Source: Azolla caroliniana (lineage: Eukaryota; Plantae; Polypodiophyta). Taken from it: a stretch of 64,000 nt of DNA. The stretch spans positions 10,664,001-10,728,000 of the forward strand of contig JBHGNT010000010.1 of NCBI GenBank assembly GCA_043228905.1, read 5' to 3'. Below are positions 1 to 10,423 of the stretch, piece by piece; within the stretch, counting starts at the first letter, position 1, and each line of letters begins with the position of its first letter. A model generated the notes under the pieces. The model did no database searches. It was not told the origin of the DNA and worked only from the letters and a program-made list of their open reading frames with translations. The translations under genes and the position numbers were made by a program.

Positions 1-2
1 CC

Positions 3-2684
3 CCGTATTCAAACCGCTGGTTTACCGTACCAAAGAAAAACGGATCATTGCGCTTCATTCAGGACCTGCAGCCGGTCAATAGAGTGACCATTCGGAACGC
101 GGGGATCGGACCGACCATAGACGAGTTCGCGGAGGCCTTCGCCGGAAGGTCGATTTACTCGGTTGGTGATCTATACTCAGGGTATGACCAGTTCCAGCTA
201 GCCGTGGAGAGCAGAGACATTACGACGATGCGAACTCCCCTCGGCCTAGTGCGGATGTGTACGCTGCCGCAAGGAGGGACCAACTCGGTGGCCCACATGG
301 TGAATGCGATGAACAAGGTGCTGAGGGACTGCATCCCGAACATCACCATGCCGTTTCTAGACGACATCCCGATCAAGGGATGCCCGGTAGAAGAAAAGGA
401 CGAGACGATCGGGCCGGACGGATGCCGGCGATTCGTGACGGCGCACATCGACGACTGCGAGAAGGTGCTGCAAAGGCTAGAGGAGGCGAGGCTCACCTTC
501 TCGGGGGAGAAATCAGCCTTCGGGCAGTCGGAAATCATGGTGGTCGGACACTTATGTGGGCCATATGGCCGGAAACCGTCTCCGGCAAAGGTAGAAGCCA
601 TCTCCGCGATGAAGCCCGACTGCAGCTCGGTCACGGAAGTGCGAAGATTCCTGGGGGCATGCGCATTCTACCACATATGGATCCCGCATTACGCCCACGT
701 TGCGGAGCCGCTATACGGATTACTGAGGAAAGGGCGAAGATTCGAATGGCTAGACAAGCACACGGAGTCGGTCCGGAAGCTGAAGGAGGCTCTTTCGGCA
801 GCACCGGCGCTCCGAAAGGCCGTCTACAGGAAGGGCACCCCAGTGTACATAACGGTTGACACGAGTCCGACCGGAATCGGGTGGGTCGTCAACCAAGAAG
901 ACGAGGACGGCAATCGGTTCCCGATCCGATTCGGTGCGAAGGTCCTCAGCGAACGGCAGCGAGGATACGCCCAGGTTAAACGCGAACTCTGGGGTATCGT
1001 TTCGGCGGTGAAGGCCGACAAGGACTATCTGATCGGGACGGAGGTAATCATAGAGACAGATTGCATGCCGATTCTCGGCATGATTTCCGGATGCGCGACG
1101 CCGGACCTGGCAATGCTCAGGTGGATAGCGTATATCAAGTCCCTAGACCCGGTAATACGACACATTTCCGGGAAAGACAACGCCATGGCCGACATGCTTT
1201 CAAGGGCGAGATTCGATGACGAGGGCGGCATGGTTTCGGAGGACGAAGACGTCGGCGTGGACTTCTTCGAGATTGCGTATGTAACAACAGACGGAACAAG
1301 CACTCCGGCGCTTAACGACTTCGACGCGAGCAAGTACGACGGGGAGTGGCTGCAGATCGGTGGGTTTCTGAAGACAATGACGCCCGATGCGTCATGGACG
1401 AAGGACGAGGCCGACCGGATCCGGAAGAAAGCGTACCGGTTCTTTCTCCGGGATAGCTGTCTATGGAAGCACCCGAAGAAGAAGGACGGCGTTCCGCTCC
1501 GGGTGGTGGCGATGAAGGAAGAACAGGAGGAGCTGCTGACGGCCTACCACGACAGCCCTTGGGCTGGACACCGTGGAACATGGGCTACGTTTGAGAAACT
1601 GAAGGGGAAGTATTGGTGGCCGGGGCAGTACCAGGACGTGCATCGGTTCGTGACAACTTGCGAGAGCTGTCAGATGCACTCCACAGTCCGACATCGGGAC
1701 GAGCTTCACCCCACGTACCCTCCGACCATCCACTTCAAATGGATGGTAGATCTGGTGACGATGCCAATGGGAGTAGGACAGATGCGGTACCTGGTCCTAG
1801 CGCGGGAGGATCTGACGAACCAGGTGGAAGGCCGGGCCCTTCCGATCAAAACAACCGCGGCCGTATGCCGGTTCCTAGTCGAGGACGTGATATGCCGGTA
1901 TGGGTGCGTCGGAAAGATCGTGGCTGACCGAGGGGAGTTGGACGCCGAAGAAGCCGCAGAGCTGTTCGACCGGCTGGGAGTCAAGCTCTCGCTCACCACT
2001 GCGTACAATCCGGAGGCGAATGGAAAGGTGGAGCGCGGACACGGACCGATCGTCAAGGCGTTGGTTCGGGCATGCAGAGGCCGAGTCGGTAACTGGTCGC
2101 GGCTGCTACCTTATGCTTTGTGGGCGGACCGGACCACGCACAGTTCGGTAACCGGGTACATGCCGACGGAGCTCATGTTCGGCCAGAAGCCGATCATGCC
2201 GATGGAACGGACGATCTCCTCGTGGGCAACGGTCGACTGGAGGGACGAGATGAGCCGGGAGGAGTTGTTGGCCGCGCGCATACGACAGCTCGAGCGGAGA
2301 CCGGAGGACGTGGAACTGGCTGCGGAGAAGCTCCGAGTGGCGAGGAGAAAGAACAAAGCCAGGTTCGACCGAACGCACCGGCTCCGACCGAAGAAAATCG
2401 AAGAAGGTGACTGGGTGCTCGTCTACGATAGCAGCCTCGACAACCAGCACCGAGCTACACGGAAGTTCGCACGAAGGTGGTTCGGGCCTTACGTGGTACG
2501 GAGCGCCAATGACAACGGGACATACCACCTGGCGGAACTCGACGGCACGAGAATGACGATACCGGTTGCAGGGAAACGGATCAAAGCGTTCAAGAAGCGA
2601 CACGACGACGAGCCAGACCCGGCTCTCCTGGTCGGCAGTGACGAACGATCCGAAAACGAGGAAGAACCGACGGGCGAGGAATGA
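3..2684 (+). CDS. pol: Element A pol (RT-RNase H-integrase), 5'-partial, uninterrupted
   Basis: Frame open from base 3; motifs DLYSGYDQ, LPQG, FLDD; RH VDTS/KRELW/ETDC/ADMLSR; INT H-H-CESC, D,D,E, WFGPY; no chromodomain. Confidence 0.93.
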   Translation, partial: PYSNRWFTVPKKNGSLRFIQDLQPVNRVTIRNAGIGPTIDEFAEAFAGRSIYSVGDLYSGYDQFQLAVESRDITTMRTPLGLVRMCTLPQGGTNSVAHMVNAMNKVLRDCIPNITMPFLDDIPIKGCPVEEKDETIGPDGCRRFVTAHIDDCEKVLQRLEEARLTFSGEKSAFGQSEIMVVGHLCGPYGRKPSPAKVEAISAMKPDCSSVTEVRRFLGACAFYHIWIPHYAHVAEPLYGLLRKGRRFEWLDKHTESVRKLKEALSAAPALRKAVYRKGTPVYITVDTSPTGIGWVVNQEDEDGNRFPIRFGAKVLSERQRGYAQVKRELWGIVSAVKADKDYLIGTEVIIETDCMPILGMISGCATPDLAMLRWIAYIKSLDPVIRHISGKDNAMADMLSRARFDDEGGMVSEDEDVGVDFFEIAYVTTDGTSTPALNDFDASKYDGEWLQIGGFLKTMTPDASWTKDEADRIRKKAYRFFLRDSCLWKHPKKKDGVPLRVVAMKEEQEELLTAYHDSPWAGHRGTWATFEKLKGKYWWPGQYQDVHRFVTTCESCQMHSTVRHRDELHPTYPPTIHFKWMVDLVTMPMGVGQMRYLVLAREDLTNQVEGRALPIKTTAAVCRFLVEDVICRYGCVGKIVADRGELDAEEAAELFDRLGVKLSLTTAYNPEANGKVERGHGPIVKALVRACRGRVGNWSRLLPYALWADRTTHSSVTGYMPTELMFGQKPIMPMERTISSWATVDWRDEMSREELLAARIRQLERRPEDVELAAEKLRVARRKNKARFDRTHRLRPKKIEEGDWVLVYDSSLDNQHRATRKFARRWFGPYVVRSANDNGTYHLAELDGTRMTIPVAGKRIKAFKKRHDDEPDPALLVGSDERSENEEEPTGEE

Positions 2685-2755
2685 AGACGGGCCGGTTTTC
2701 TCCGTCCCAACTCTCTTGGCGCATACCGGAGGATGCGCGGTTAGGTGGGGGCGGA

Positions 2756-3545
2756 TGTCGTGAAGAAAACCGTCCATAGGCGGAATCGGCGCACCAAGGC
2801 GTGGGAACCGGTTCTTCACGCGCGCACGCTCCAAGTAGTACATAGAAGCGAATTAGGAGGATAATCGGCAGGAACGGGCCCTAACTCAAGTGGAGACAAA
2901 GACCGCGCGAACAGTCTTTTCGGTCGCGCGCGCGAACTGTACGAGTCGGCGGCGTAACTACGCGGATGCGTGAAAAACGGAGCGGATCCCTGTCCAAAAG
3001 GGACAGGGAATAAAGCTGACAGGACGGCCTGCTCGTCGGCCTATATAAGGAGCGGGAAAGAGCTGTTGCAGGGATATCTCGCGCAGAGAGGACGAAGTGC
3101 TGCCGGACCGTTTCTGGACGCTTCGCTCTCTGTTTCCTTCCTTCTTGAGCTCCATAGCTTTCCGTGCAGGGTTCCGAGGAGGCTCGCGCTGTTTTCGAGG
3201 AACGCCCGAGTGCTTCCGGCAGCACCTCCGACCAGCTACAGCCCCTTTGAGCGTCGAAGTGAACAGGCATCGGCATCTGTTCGCCGGCCTGTTCGGTCGT
3301 AACCAACCTGTGCCCCGTCGAGGGTTGTAGTCGTGTTAGCCGTTTTTCTTAATATACACATTTAGCCATTCGCATCTGTCTGTGTCGGTGTCTGTTCGTG
3401 TTCTCCGTGCTGAAGGGCCGTGTCCCTGTGTACCCCCGGTCCTGCGTAGCCGGTTCTCTCTCTTCCCCCTCCCTCGCTTGCTCTTTGGTTCGAGACCCCC
3501 GCGGTCCCGCCTCGATTCCACACGCACTTGCATAATATCCCGACA
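2756..3545 (+). repeat. 3' LTR of element A (790 bp)
   Basis: TGTCG...CGACA termini; reverse-complement homolog of the D LTRs; TATATAA near 3042. Confidence 0.92.
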
Positions 3546-5626
3546 CCGATATTTAGCAGACTTGGCTACACCTCTGCATACGGCAATACATCGAACACCG
3601 TTCCAATGGACCAACATCGAAGACAAGGCGTACCGGGCACTCAAGGTGTTATTGTCACAAGCATCGGTAGTGCAGCCTCCGGATTGGAGTAAAGAGTTTC
3701 ATGTGTTCGTGGACGCTTCCGATATCGCAATCGGCAGCGCGCTCATGCAGCTTACTGAGCCAAGGTGGTACCGGCCAGTATACTATGCCAGCCGGAAGCT
3801 ATCCCAAGCGGAACGAAATTATTCTACCACGGAAAGGGAGGCTTTAGGAATGATCTACAGTGTAACAAAATTCAGGCATTATTTATTGGGAAGAAAGTTC
3901 TCCTTCCATGTAGATCATTCGGTACTCCTCTACCTAGTATCCAAAGCGTCACTTACCGGTAAGCTGGCGCGGTGGACTTTGTTGTTGCAAGAGTTCGAAT
4001 TCGAGATATTCCACGGACCCGGCATACAGCATGCGGTCGCAGATTATCGAAGCCGGTTAGATTCCGGGGAGACAGGTGACGGAGTACCAGACGAGTTTCC
4101 GGATGCAGAGCTTTTTCGAGTCACCACGGAAACGGCAACAGATGAAACGGTGGCACAAGAAGATAAGTGGCTAACTAATATGCACCAGTTTCTGAGTACC
4201 GGATTGCCTCCGGAGGAGATGAACCGAGACGAGAGAAAACGCCTGGCGGTACAGAGCCGGCACTTCTGTTTATTACAGGATATGCTATACCACAAAGGTG
4301 CGGACAATATCTGGCGACTAGCGGTGCGCAGCGACGAGGAGGTAATACTACGAGAGGCACACTGCAGAGTCGTCGGAGGCCATTATGCCAGAGATGCGAC
4401 GGCAAGGAAAGTATGGCAAAGTGGCGTGGCCAACCACATTGAAAGATGCAGTCCGGTATGCGAAGGAGTGTGATCTATGCCAACGAATGGGTCAGCCAAT
4501 GGAACAAGCTCGGATGCCACACCAGCCAGTCCTACCACTAGAACCATTCCAAAAATGGGGGTTGGATTTCGTCGGGCCATTTAAACCACCAGCAATGAGA
4601 ACCGGCAACCGGTACGTGATCGTCGCGACGAATTATTGCACTAACTAGGTGGAAGCGAAAGCCCTACGAGACAACACCGCGGCGTCAACGGCGAAATTCT
4701 TATACGAATGCATTTGGTGCCGGTACGGATGCCCCATAGAGCTGATAAGCGACCAAGGAGGGCACTTTCTTGGGCAGGTGGTAGAAAGTTTGACGACGTT
4801 CTATGCGGTAGTACATAAACGAAGCACACCGTACTATCCGCAAGCAAATGGGTTAGCTGAGTCGACGAACAAAACGCTCCAGAATATCCTCCGGAAGATC
4901 GTCAATGAAAATCGGACAGATTGGGACACAAAGCTGCACAGTGCGCTCTAGGCTTACCGGACAACGTACAAAACAAGCATCCGGACACCACCCTTCCGGT
5001 TAGCATTCGGATTGGAGGCAGTCATGCCGGTCGAGTTCCAGGTACCAAGCTTACGGATTCAGATTCGGGAACGATTGAACGAAAAGGAATTGTAGGCAAT
5101 TCGGTTAAAGGCTATGTGCGAACTGGAAGAACACCAACTGGCGAGCATTATGCACCTGGAATTGGAACAACGGACACGGAAAGCATTTGTAGATCGGCAC
5201 CGGAAGGGAAACGAGAAGATGTTCGGGACAGGCAAGCCGGTACTCGTGTTCTAGACCCGGATGGGCAAAATGCCAGGAAAACTACGGTTTAGATGGACCG
5301 GACCATACTGGATCACACGCGAGTTCAATGGGTCCTACCAGTTGGGGACACTTGCCGGAGAAGTGTTGGGCAAATGGGTCAACGGATTTAGACTAAAACC
5401 ATACAAAGGACCTATGCCTAAGAACCCATTTGAACGAAAGGCCGCCACCGAATCAGACGCCGGCAGGCCAACCATAACGGCAACCGGTGAAGACGACGGC
5501 TACCACCAAGCCAGTAAGGAGGAGCATGAGCCGGCAACCGAGGAGAGCAGAATGACGGCAAACCGTCAAGAGGCCGGAAAGTTGCACGCTTCGGGCAAGG
5601 GTCCGATAGGACCGGAGAAAAACTAA
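3546..5626 (+). pseudogene. pol: Element B pol remnant (RT end, RNase H, integrase)
   Basis: YYASRKLSQAERNYSTTEREAL, PFQKWGLDFVGPF, ISDQGGHF, PQANGLAE, KLRFRWTGPY, VNGFRLKPY; frameshift near 4425; TAG stops at ~4646, 4949, 5093. Confidence 0.9.
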
Positions 5627-6055
5627 CCACACAAGTAAGTTAAAAATAAAATAAAATAAAATAAAAAGAAAAAAAAAGAGAATAAAGGAGCGAATCAAAT
5701 AAATCATGGAAAGGAGTGGTGGAAACGGCCATGCACACGAGGAGTAAAGAGGCACATCGAAAAGGGACGAGGAGCTATGAATAGGACATTAAACCACCGC
5801 CACAAGGCACGCAATGCTATTATAGTACACGACCTGCACATGCGGAGGCTCGAAAAAGGCGCCAAGATGCAGAGAGAAAAACCCCCACGCATTGAGACCT
5901 TCTCCTATCGCAAACCAAGGAGAACAGACGCAGAGCGACGCATGAAGATAAATCGTAGAGAGCTCGCACACAGAGAACCCCCTCCCTCAGAACTTTCTCT
6001 CTCACACTCTCCCCACCATCAAACCTCGCCAACGCTCTCCGACCTCGACGCAGAG

Positions 6056-8832
6056 ATGGACTGCCAAACGCTATCTGAAGCCGCCAAGAAATGGTTACGG
6101 CAGCACGGTCTAGAGGGTTTCTTAACAATCATGGAGGTGGCGCCACACAAGGAGGCCGACAAGATTATAAAAGAAATCGACACGGAGGTGATCACAGAGG
6201 AGGCGATCCGTGCGTTAATAGGCCTTCCGGAGGGAGGTATCTACACGATCGACAATCCTACCCCCGAGCAACTCATCAAATATTTCGGTGAGTACTCTCT
6301 AGCCAGCAAGGGCTATAGGACACAGGGCGGCGAAGATATGCTATTCCGTGAAATTGCCCGTGTGCTCCACGAGTTCGGCCACGTGTACCCTCGACACCCC
6401 GTCATGCCTCAGAACCGAGCAGGCTTGATCATCGCGACGTACGAAGGGGTCAAGGTGGATTGGCCGGTGCTGATCGCCGACGGGCGGTGTACGGCCATTG
6501 ATATAGTAAGACGAAAGGACGGCAAGGAAGGCCGGAAAATATGGCATGCGGTGACACAATGGCCTACCATGTTGGCGCCACTAGTCGAGCCCGTCCAAAC
6601 CAAGAAGCGGGGAAGAGCAACGGACGGCACCCCGAAACCTGCTTCGAAACAGCAACAACTGTTGGCCTCCAAGGCCACTAAGGGGAAGACTGCCGAAGCA
6701 GAGAAGGCGGCGAAGGAGCGCACCAGCCGGAAGCGACCGACGGACACGCACGAGGAGACACTGGCATGGCCCTTGAAGAGCCCACTCCACCGACCGGGGC
6801 AGCAGGAAACAGACACCTTGGCGACAAGAATGAATGTCGGGACTCAAGCGGAAGAGATGGAGGAAGAACCCACAGAGCACCTTCAGCGACGGCCGGTGAA
6901 GAGCACCGCAGAATCAGCCGGGAAGCGTTCGGACCCACAAAAGGATGGAACACCCGCAACTCACACTGAGCAACCCACGCCAAGGGAGACACCGGAACCG
7001 GTTCGGATGGAACCGGTCACAGAAGTCCCGGCACAATAGGCAGCACCGGCAAGCCCCGTCACCCAAGAGCCGGAGATACAAAGGCCAACCGCCCCAGCCG
7101 GCCAAGAACAAGCAGACAAGGGGCGACTAGCCGAAACACACTCAGAGCCGGAACAGCAAAGTGGTCAGCTGGCAAAACCAGAAGCGCAGCTTGACGCAGA
7201 ACGGCGGGACCAGCCACCAGCGAATGAACCCATCAGCCAACTCTCCGTGCAAGCGGAACAACAGTGCACCGGCAGCCAATGGCTCCGGTGGATAGGAGAC
7301 CAAATTGCCAGAGTAGTCGGATGCATAGAGGCGGAGGAAAGAGCGCAAACGGAACGGTTGCTCGTCACAACCGATGAACTGGAGACGGCCCGGTCAAGGA
7401 TCCAGTGCCTCGAACAAGACTTGGATCGGATCACAGGAGATATGGCCAAAATGGCCTTAACCTCAACACATATCCAAGCACCGGCGACTCCGGTGGATGT
7501 ACAGAAGAATAAGACCTCGGAGACACAAACTGTCCCGAAGAAAGAGGCGGCACAAGCCCAAGAGCTTGTGGAATTACAAGACGAGTTCGCCGCACAAGAA
7601 GCATTACGGAGCCGCGAACGCGACTTGAAGAAGGCGGCCAAAGAAGAATTAAGAAAGACTGTTGAGAACCTTTGCCGGACAGAGGAAAACCTGCGTAAAG
7701 GACATCATGCTTACGACCGGCTGAAGGAGGAAAAAGAGAAAGTGCTGCAGGAAAAAGACAAGCTGCGACGGATGGCGGAGACGGAAATAGAGAGGCTGAA
7801 GGAAGAGCTCCGTCAACAGAAGGACAGGGAGGACCGCGCGCGTCGTCAGATCAACCAACGACTGAAGCAGAAGAACAATGATTTCGATCACCTGCATCGG
7901 GACTACAAGCAGCTGGAGATAGAGCATAAGCAACAACAGGAACGGATGGTCAAGCTCCGGCAAGAGGTTGATAGGGCCACAACGGCACTCGCCGAAGAAC
8001 GAGCGGAAAGTTCCAGGCTATTGGAGGAAGCAGCGAATGACCGGATGGAGCTCCACAAACAGAACCATGAAGACAAGGAAAGAGCAACAATGGTACTACA
8101 GAGGTTGCAAACAACCTATCAAACTCAATTGTCGCATTATAGGGAGCAGGAGGCGGACACGGTTCGGATCATCAAGCAGTTGAAGAAGAGCGACAAGCCG
8201 CAGAAAATAAATCACAGATGGGAGCCGAACGGATCCAATGCATCCTCCGGTCATGGCTCACTAAGACCAAAAGCTTGATTGATGATAGCTTTGTGCGTTA
8301 GTGGGCAAAATGGGCGCAGAATACCGTGGAACTCCAATTGCTTAGGGCGGACGTTGAAAACCGGCGAAAGGAGGGCGACGACTGCTATATGCTGACCTCG
8401 GAGGACTTCACCACCATCAGGGATGAGCTAGCGGAAGATTTCACAGCCCTGGCGGATGAACAATTGGTGCAGGTCTGGCAGCTCGTAGCTCAACTGGACG
8501 ATGATCGGCTGGAAGCTCAAATCCAGTTCGAAAGCTATGAGCGGTCCCGGCTTCGGGAAGAAAAAGCGCGAAAGACGGCAACGGTCAACCTTAGTGATGA
8601 GGAACCGTCGCCGGTGCAAAGACCGGAGGGGGAACAGGCTGGGGTCAGTCAGCCACAGACAACTCCGACGAAGGAACCAACGACGGAAACGCTGGTGTCA
8701 GAGCGACAAACGGAGCAGCAACCACAGCCACAAACGGAACAACAACAACAGCCACAACAGCAACAACAGATTCCCGACAAGCCATTGGAAATTTTGGAGC
8801 AAAGCATTCTGGACATTTTGGACGAAGCATAA
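6056..8832 (+). pseudogene. Element B extra 3' ORF (~925 aa reconstructed): conserved N-terminal domain, P/E/T-rich linker, long coiled coil, Q-rich tail
   Basis: ORFs 5777-7039 and 7247-8278 are in one frame separated by a single TAG; 8326-8832 joins via one frameshift (~8205) plus one TAG; N-terminal domain aligns with C's ORF at 23632. Confidence 0.75.
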
Positions 8833-9003
8833 AAGGGTCGGATAGTGGGTTTGACATACAAGGTACTGTCCCACAGGCATGCCATGTGTTACCGGCCGGT
8901 AAAGAAGGCTTAAGGGGGTCCAAACCAGAGTGTGAAAGGAATAGTTATTCGGGAACTGTTGTAATTAGTAGTATTAATATATACATATTGTTATAAAAGA
9001 AGA

Positions 9004-9224
9004 TGTGGACGGATGGACCGGAATCGGTATGCCGATCCGGATCCAGAACGATTCCATAAAGGTGCCCGTTGGCACCGTTTTGTATTTCGCACCGGAGACC
9101 TATATAAAGGCCCGGTTACAATGTAATCAGGAGCGGATAATTAATAAAGCTTATTGTCTTAATCTTCAAGTGGTGACGTGTCTTAAGTGGACACCCTGTG
9201 TTAGGCTGTTGTCTGGCCCTAGCA
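9004..9224 (+). repeat. Short 3' LTR of element B (~221 bp; end could be 9230)
   Basis: TG after PPT; TATATAAA at 9101; AATAAA near 9143; ends in CA before foreign integrase sequence. Confidence 0.65.
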
Positions 9225-9307
9225 ATAACACGGCTGCATCCACAGCAAAGTTCGTTTACAAACATTTATGGTGCCGATATGGATGCCCCATCGAGCTCAT
9301 TAGTGAC

Positions 9308-10058
9308 TGTAAGGATTTGACGCTATCAAATCTTTCGCCTCTCGGCCACAACCGAGACAACACGGATCAATGCAGCAGAAAATGGGAAAAAAAGACAAAG
9401 ACACAGAGAGACGAATACACAGGGTATAACGTGGAAAACCCTAAACGGGAAAAACCACGGGAGTGCACGACTCCAACTATCACTATACACTGGAATATAC
9501 AATGGCGAGCTGCAAGGCGACGACCTTGAGCTCGATGTCCTCGCCACAGGCGGCGGTATTACACAGAGGCGTCGACCTCTTCGTTTCTCTCTCTAGCGGC
9601 TGCTCTCACTTCGCTCCCTCTGAGTGAAAACAGAAAAATGAGCAACAACATAAACTGTTTGCCCTAAGTCATATTTATACACATATGACTTTCGGGCTAT
9701 TTACAAATATAGCCTCAAGGGCTCTTGGCAAACATATTCACAAATATGTCCCCGCATCCGGATCTCCCTCCGGGTACATTCGTCATCCGGCTCCGTAACC
9801 GGGGTCTTCAGCATCCGGCTCCGTAGCCGGGGTATTCATCATCCGGCTCCGTAGCCGGGGTCTTCATCATCTGGCACCGTAGCCAGGGTCTTCGTCATCC
9901 GGCTCCGTAGCCGGGGTATTCATCATCCGGCTCCGTAGCCGGGGTCTTCATCATCCGGCTCCGTAGCCAGGGTCTTCGTCATCCGGCTCCGTAACCGCAA
10001 CCGGGCTTGCCGTCATTCATCTTCGGACATCCCATCCGGAGGGACCGAAATCCCAACA
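9308..10058 (-). repeat. 3' LTR of Copia E (751 bp)
   Basis: Direct repeat of 21641-22373 with TG/CA ends. Confidence 0.95.
9784..9997. repeat. 28-bp tandem array (~7.6 units) in U3 of the E LTR
   Basis: Unit catccggctccgtagccggggtcttcat; counterpart at 22117-22312. Confidence 0.9.
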
Positions 10059-10068
10059 AACTCCCCCT

Positions 10069-10423
10069 TCACTTCGGCATGGGATGTCTCTCCAATCCGA
10101 TCCTCTTCCGGCATGCTTCCAGCTTGTCGGGTGTAAGCACTTTGGTCAGCATATCTGAGCCGTTCTCGTCCGTGTGGATCTTCGTCAGCACGAACTCCCT
10201 GGTCTTCTATCCTTTCCCTGATCCAGTGATATCTTCGCTGGATGTGCTTCGTCCGGGAGTGATAGGCCGCGTTCTTCGCAAGGTGGATGGCACTCTGACT
10301 GTCGCAGTAGAGTCAGTACTCCTCCTGCCGGATACCGAGCTCTCTAATGAAGTCCTTCATCCATATCATTTCCTTGCCGGCTTCAACAGCCGCCATGTAC
10401 TCCGCCTCCGTGGTTGACAACGC
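10069..10423 (-). pseudogene. C-terminal RNase H segment of Copia E
   Basis: STTEAEYMAA...CDSQSAIHLAKN...DMLTK; CGA>TGA at 10313-10315; cut off from the rest of the ORF by G. Confidence 0.9.

Larger units (their letters stand above)
1..3545 (+). mobile_element. Element A: Ty3/Gypsy non-chromovirus (Phygy-like) LTR retrotransposon, 5' part outside the window; inserted into the RT of element B
   Basis: Order RT-RH-INT; PPT taggtgggggcgga before a 3' LTR TGTCGTG...CCCGACA at 2756-3545; near-identical to element D in opposite orientation; B's RT coding resumes at 3546. Confidence 0.95.
3546..9224 (+). mobile_element. Element B (3' part): Athila/Selgy-like non-chromovirus Gypsy with an extra 3' ORF and short LTR; inserted into the integrase of element C
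   Basis: Decayed RT end, RH and INT; extra ORF; purine tract aaaagaaga 8995-9003; LTR 9004-~9224; C's integrase frame (DNTAASTAKF) resumes at ~9225. Confidence 0.85.

Noticed and set aside
2580-2684. Chromodomain at the integrase C-terminus
   Set aside because: Only a short acidic tail follows the GPY/F region
3382-3545. ORF 3382-4473 as one protein (likewise 9005-9529 and 36106-36441)
   Set aside because: Chimeric read-through across LTR junctions
9784-9997. CRISPR-like palindromic 28-bp repeats
   Set aside because: No spacers, eukaryotic context, and duplicated as part of the LTRs
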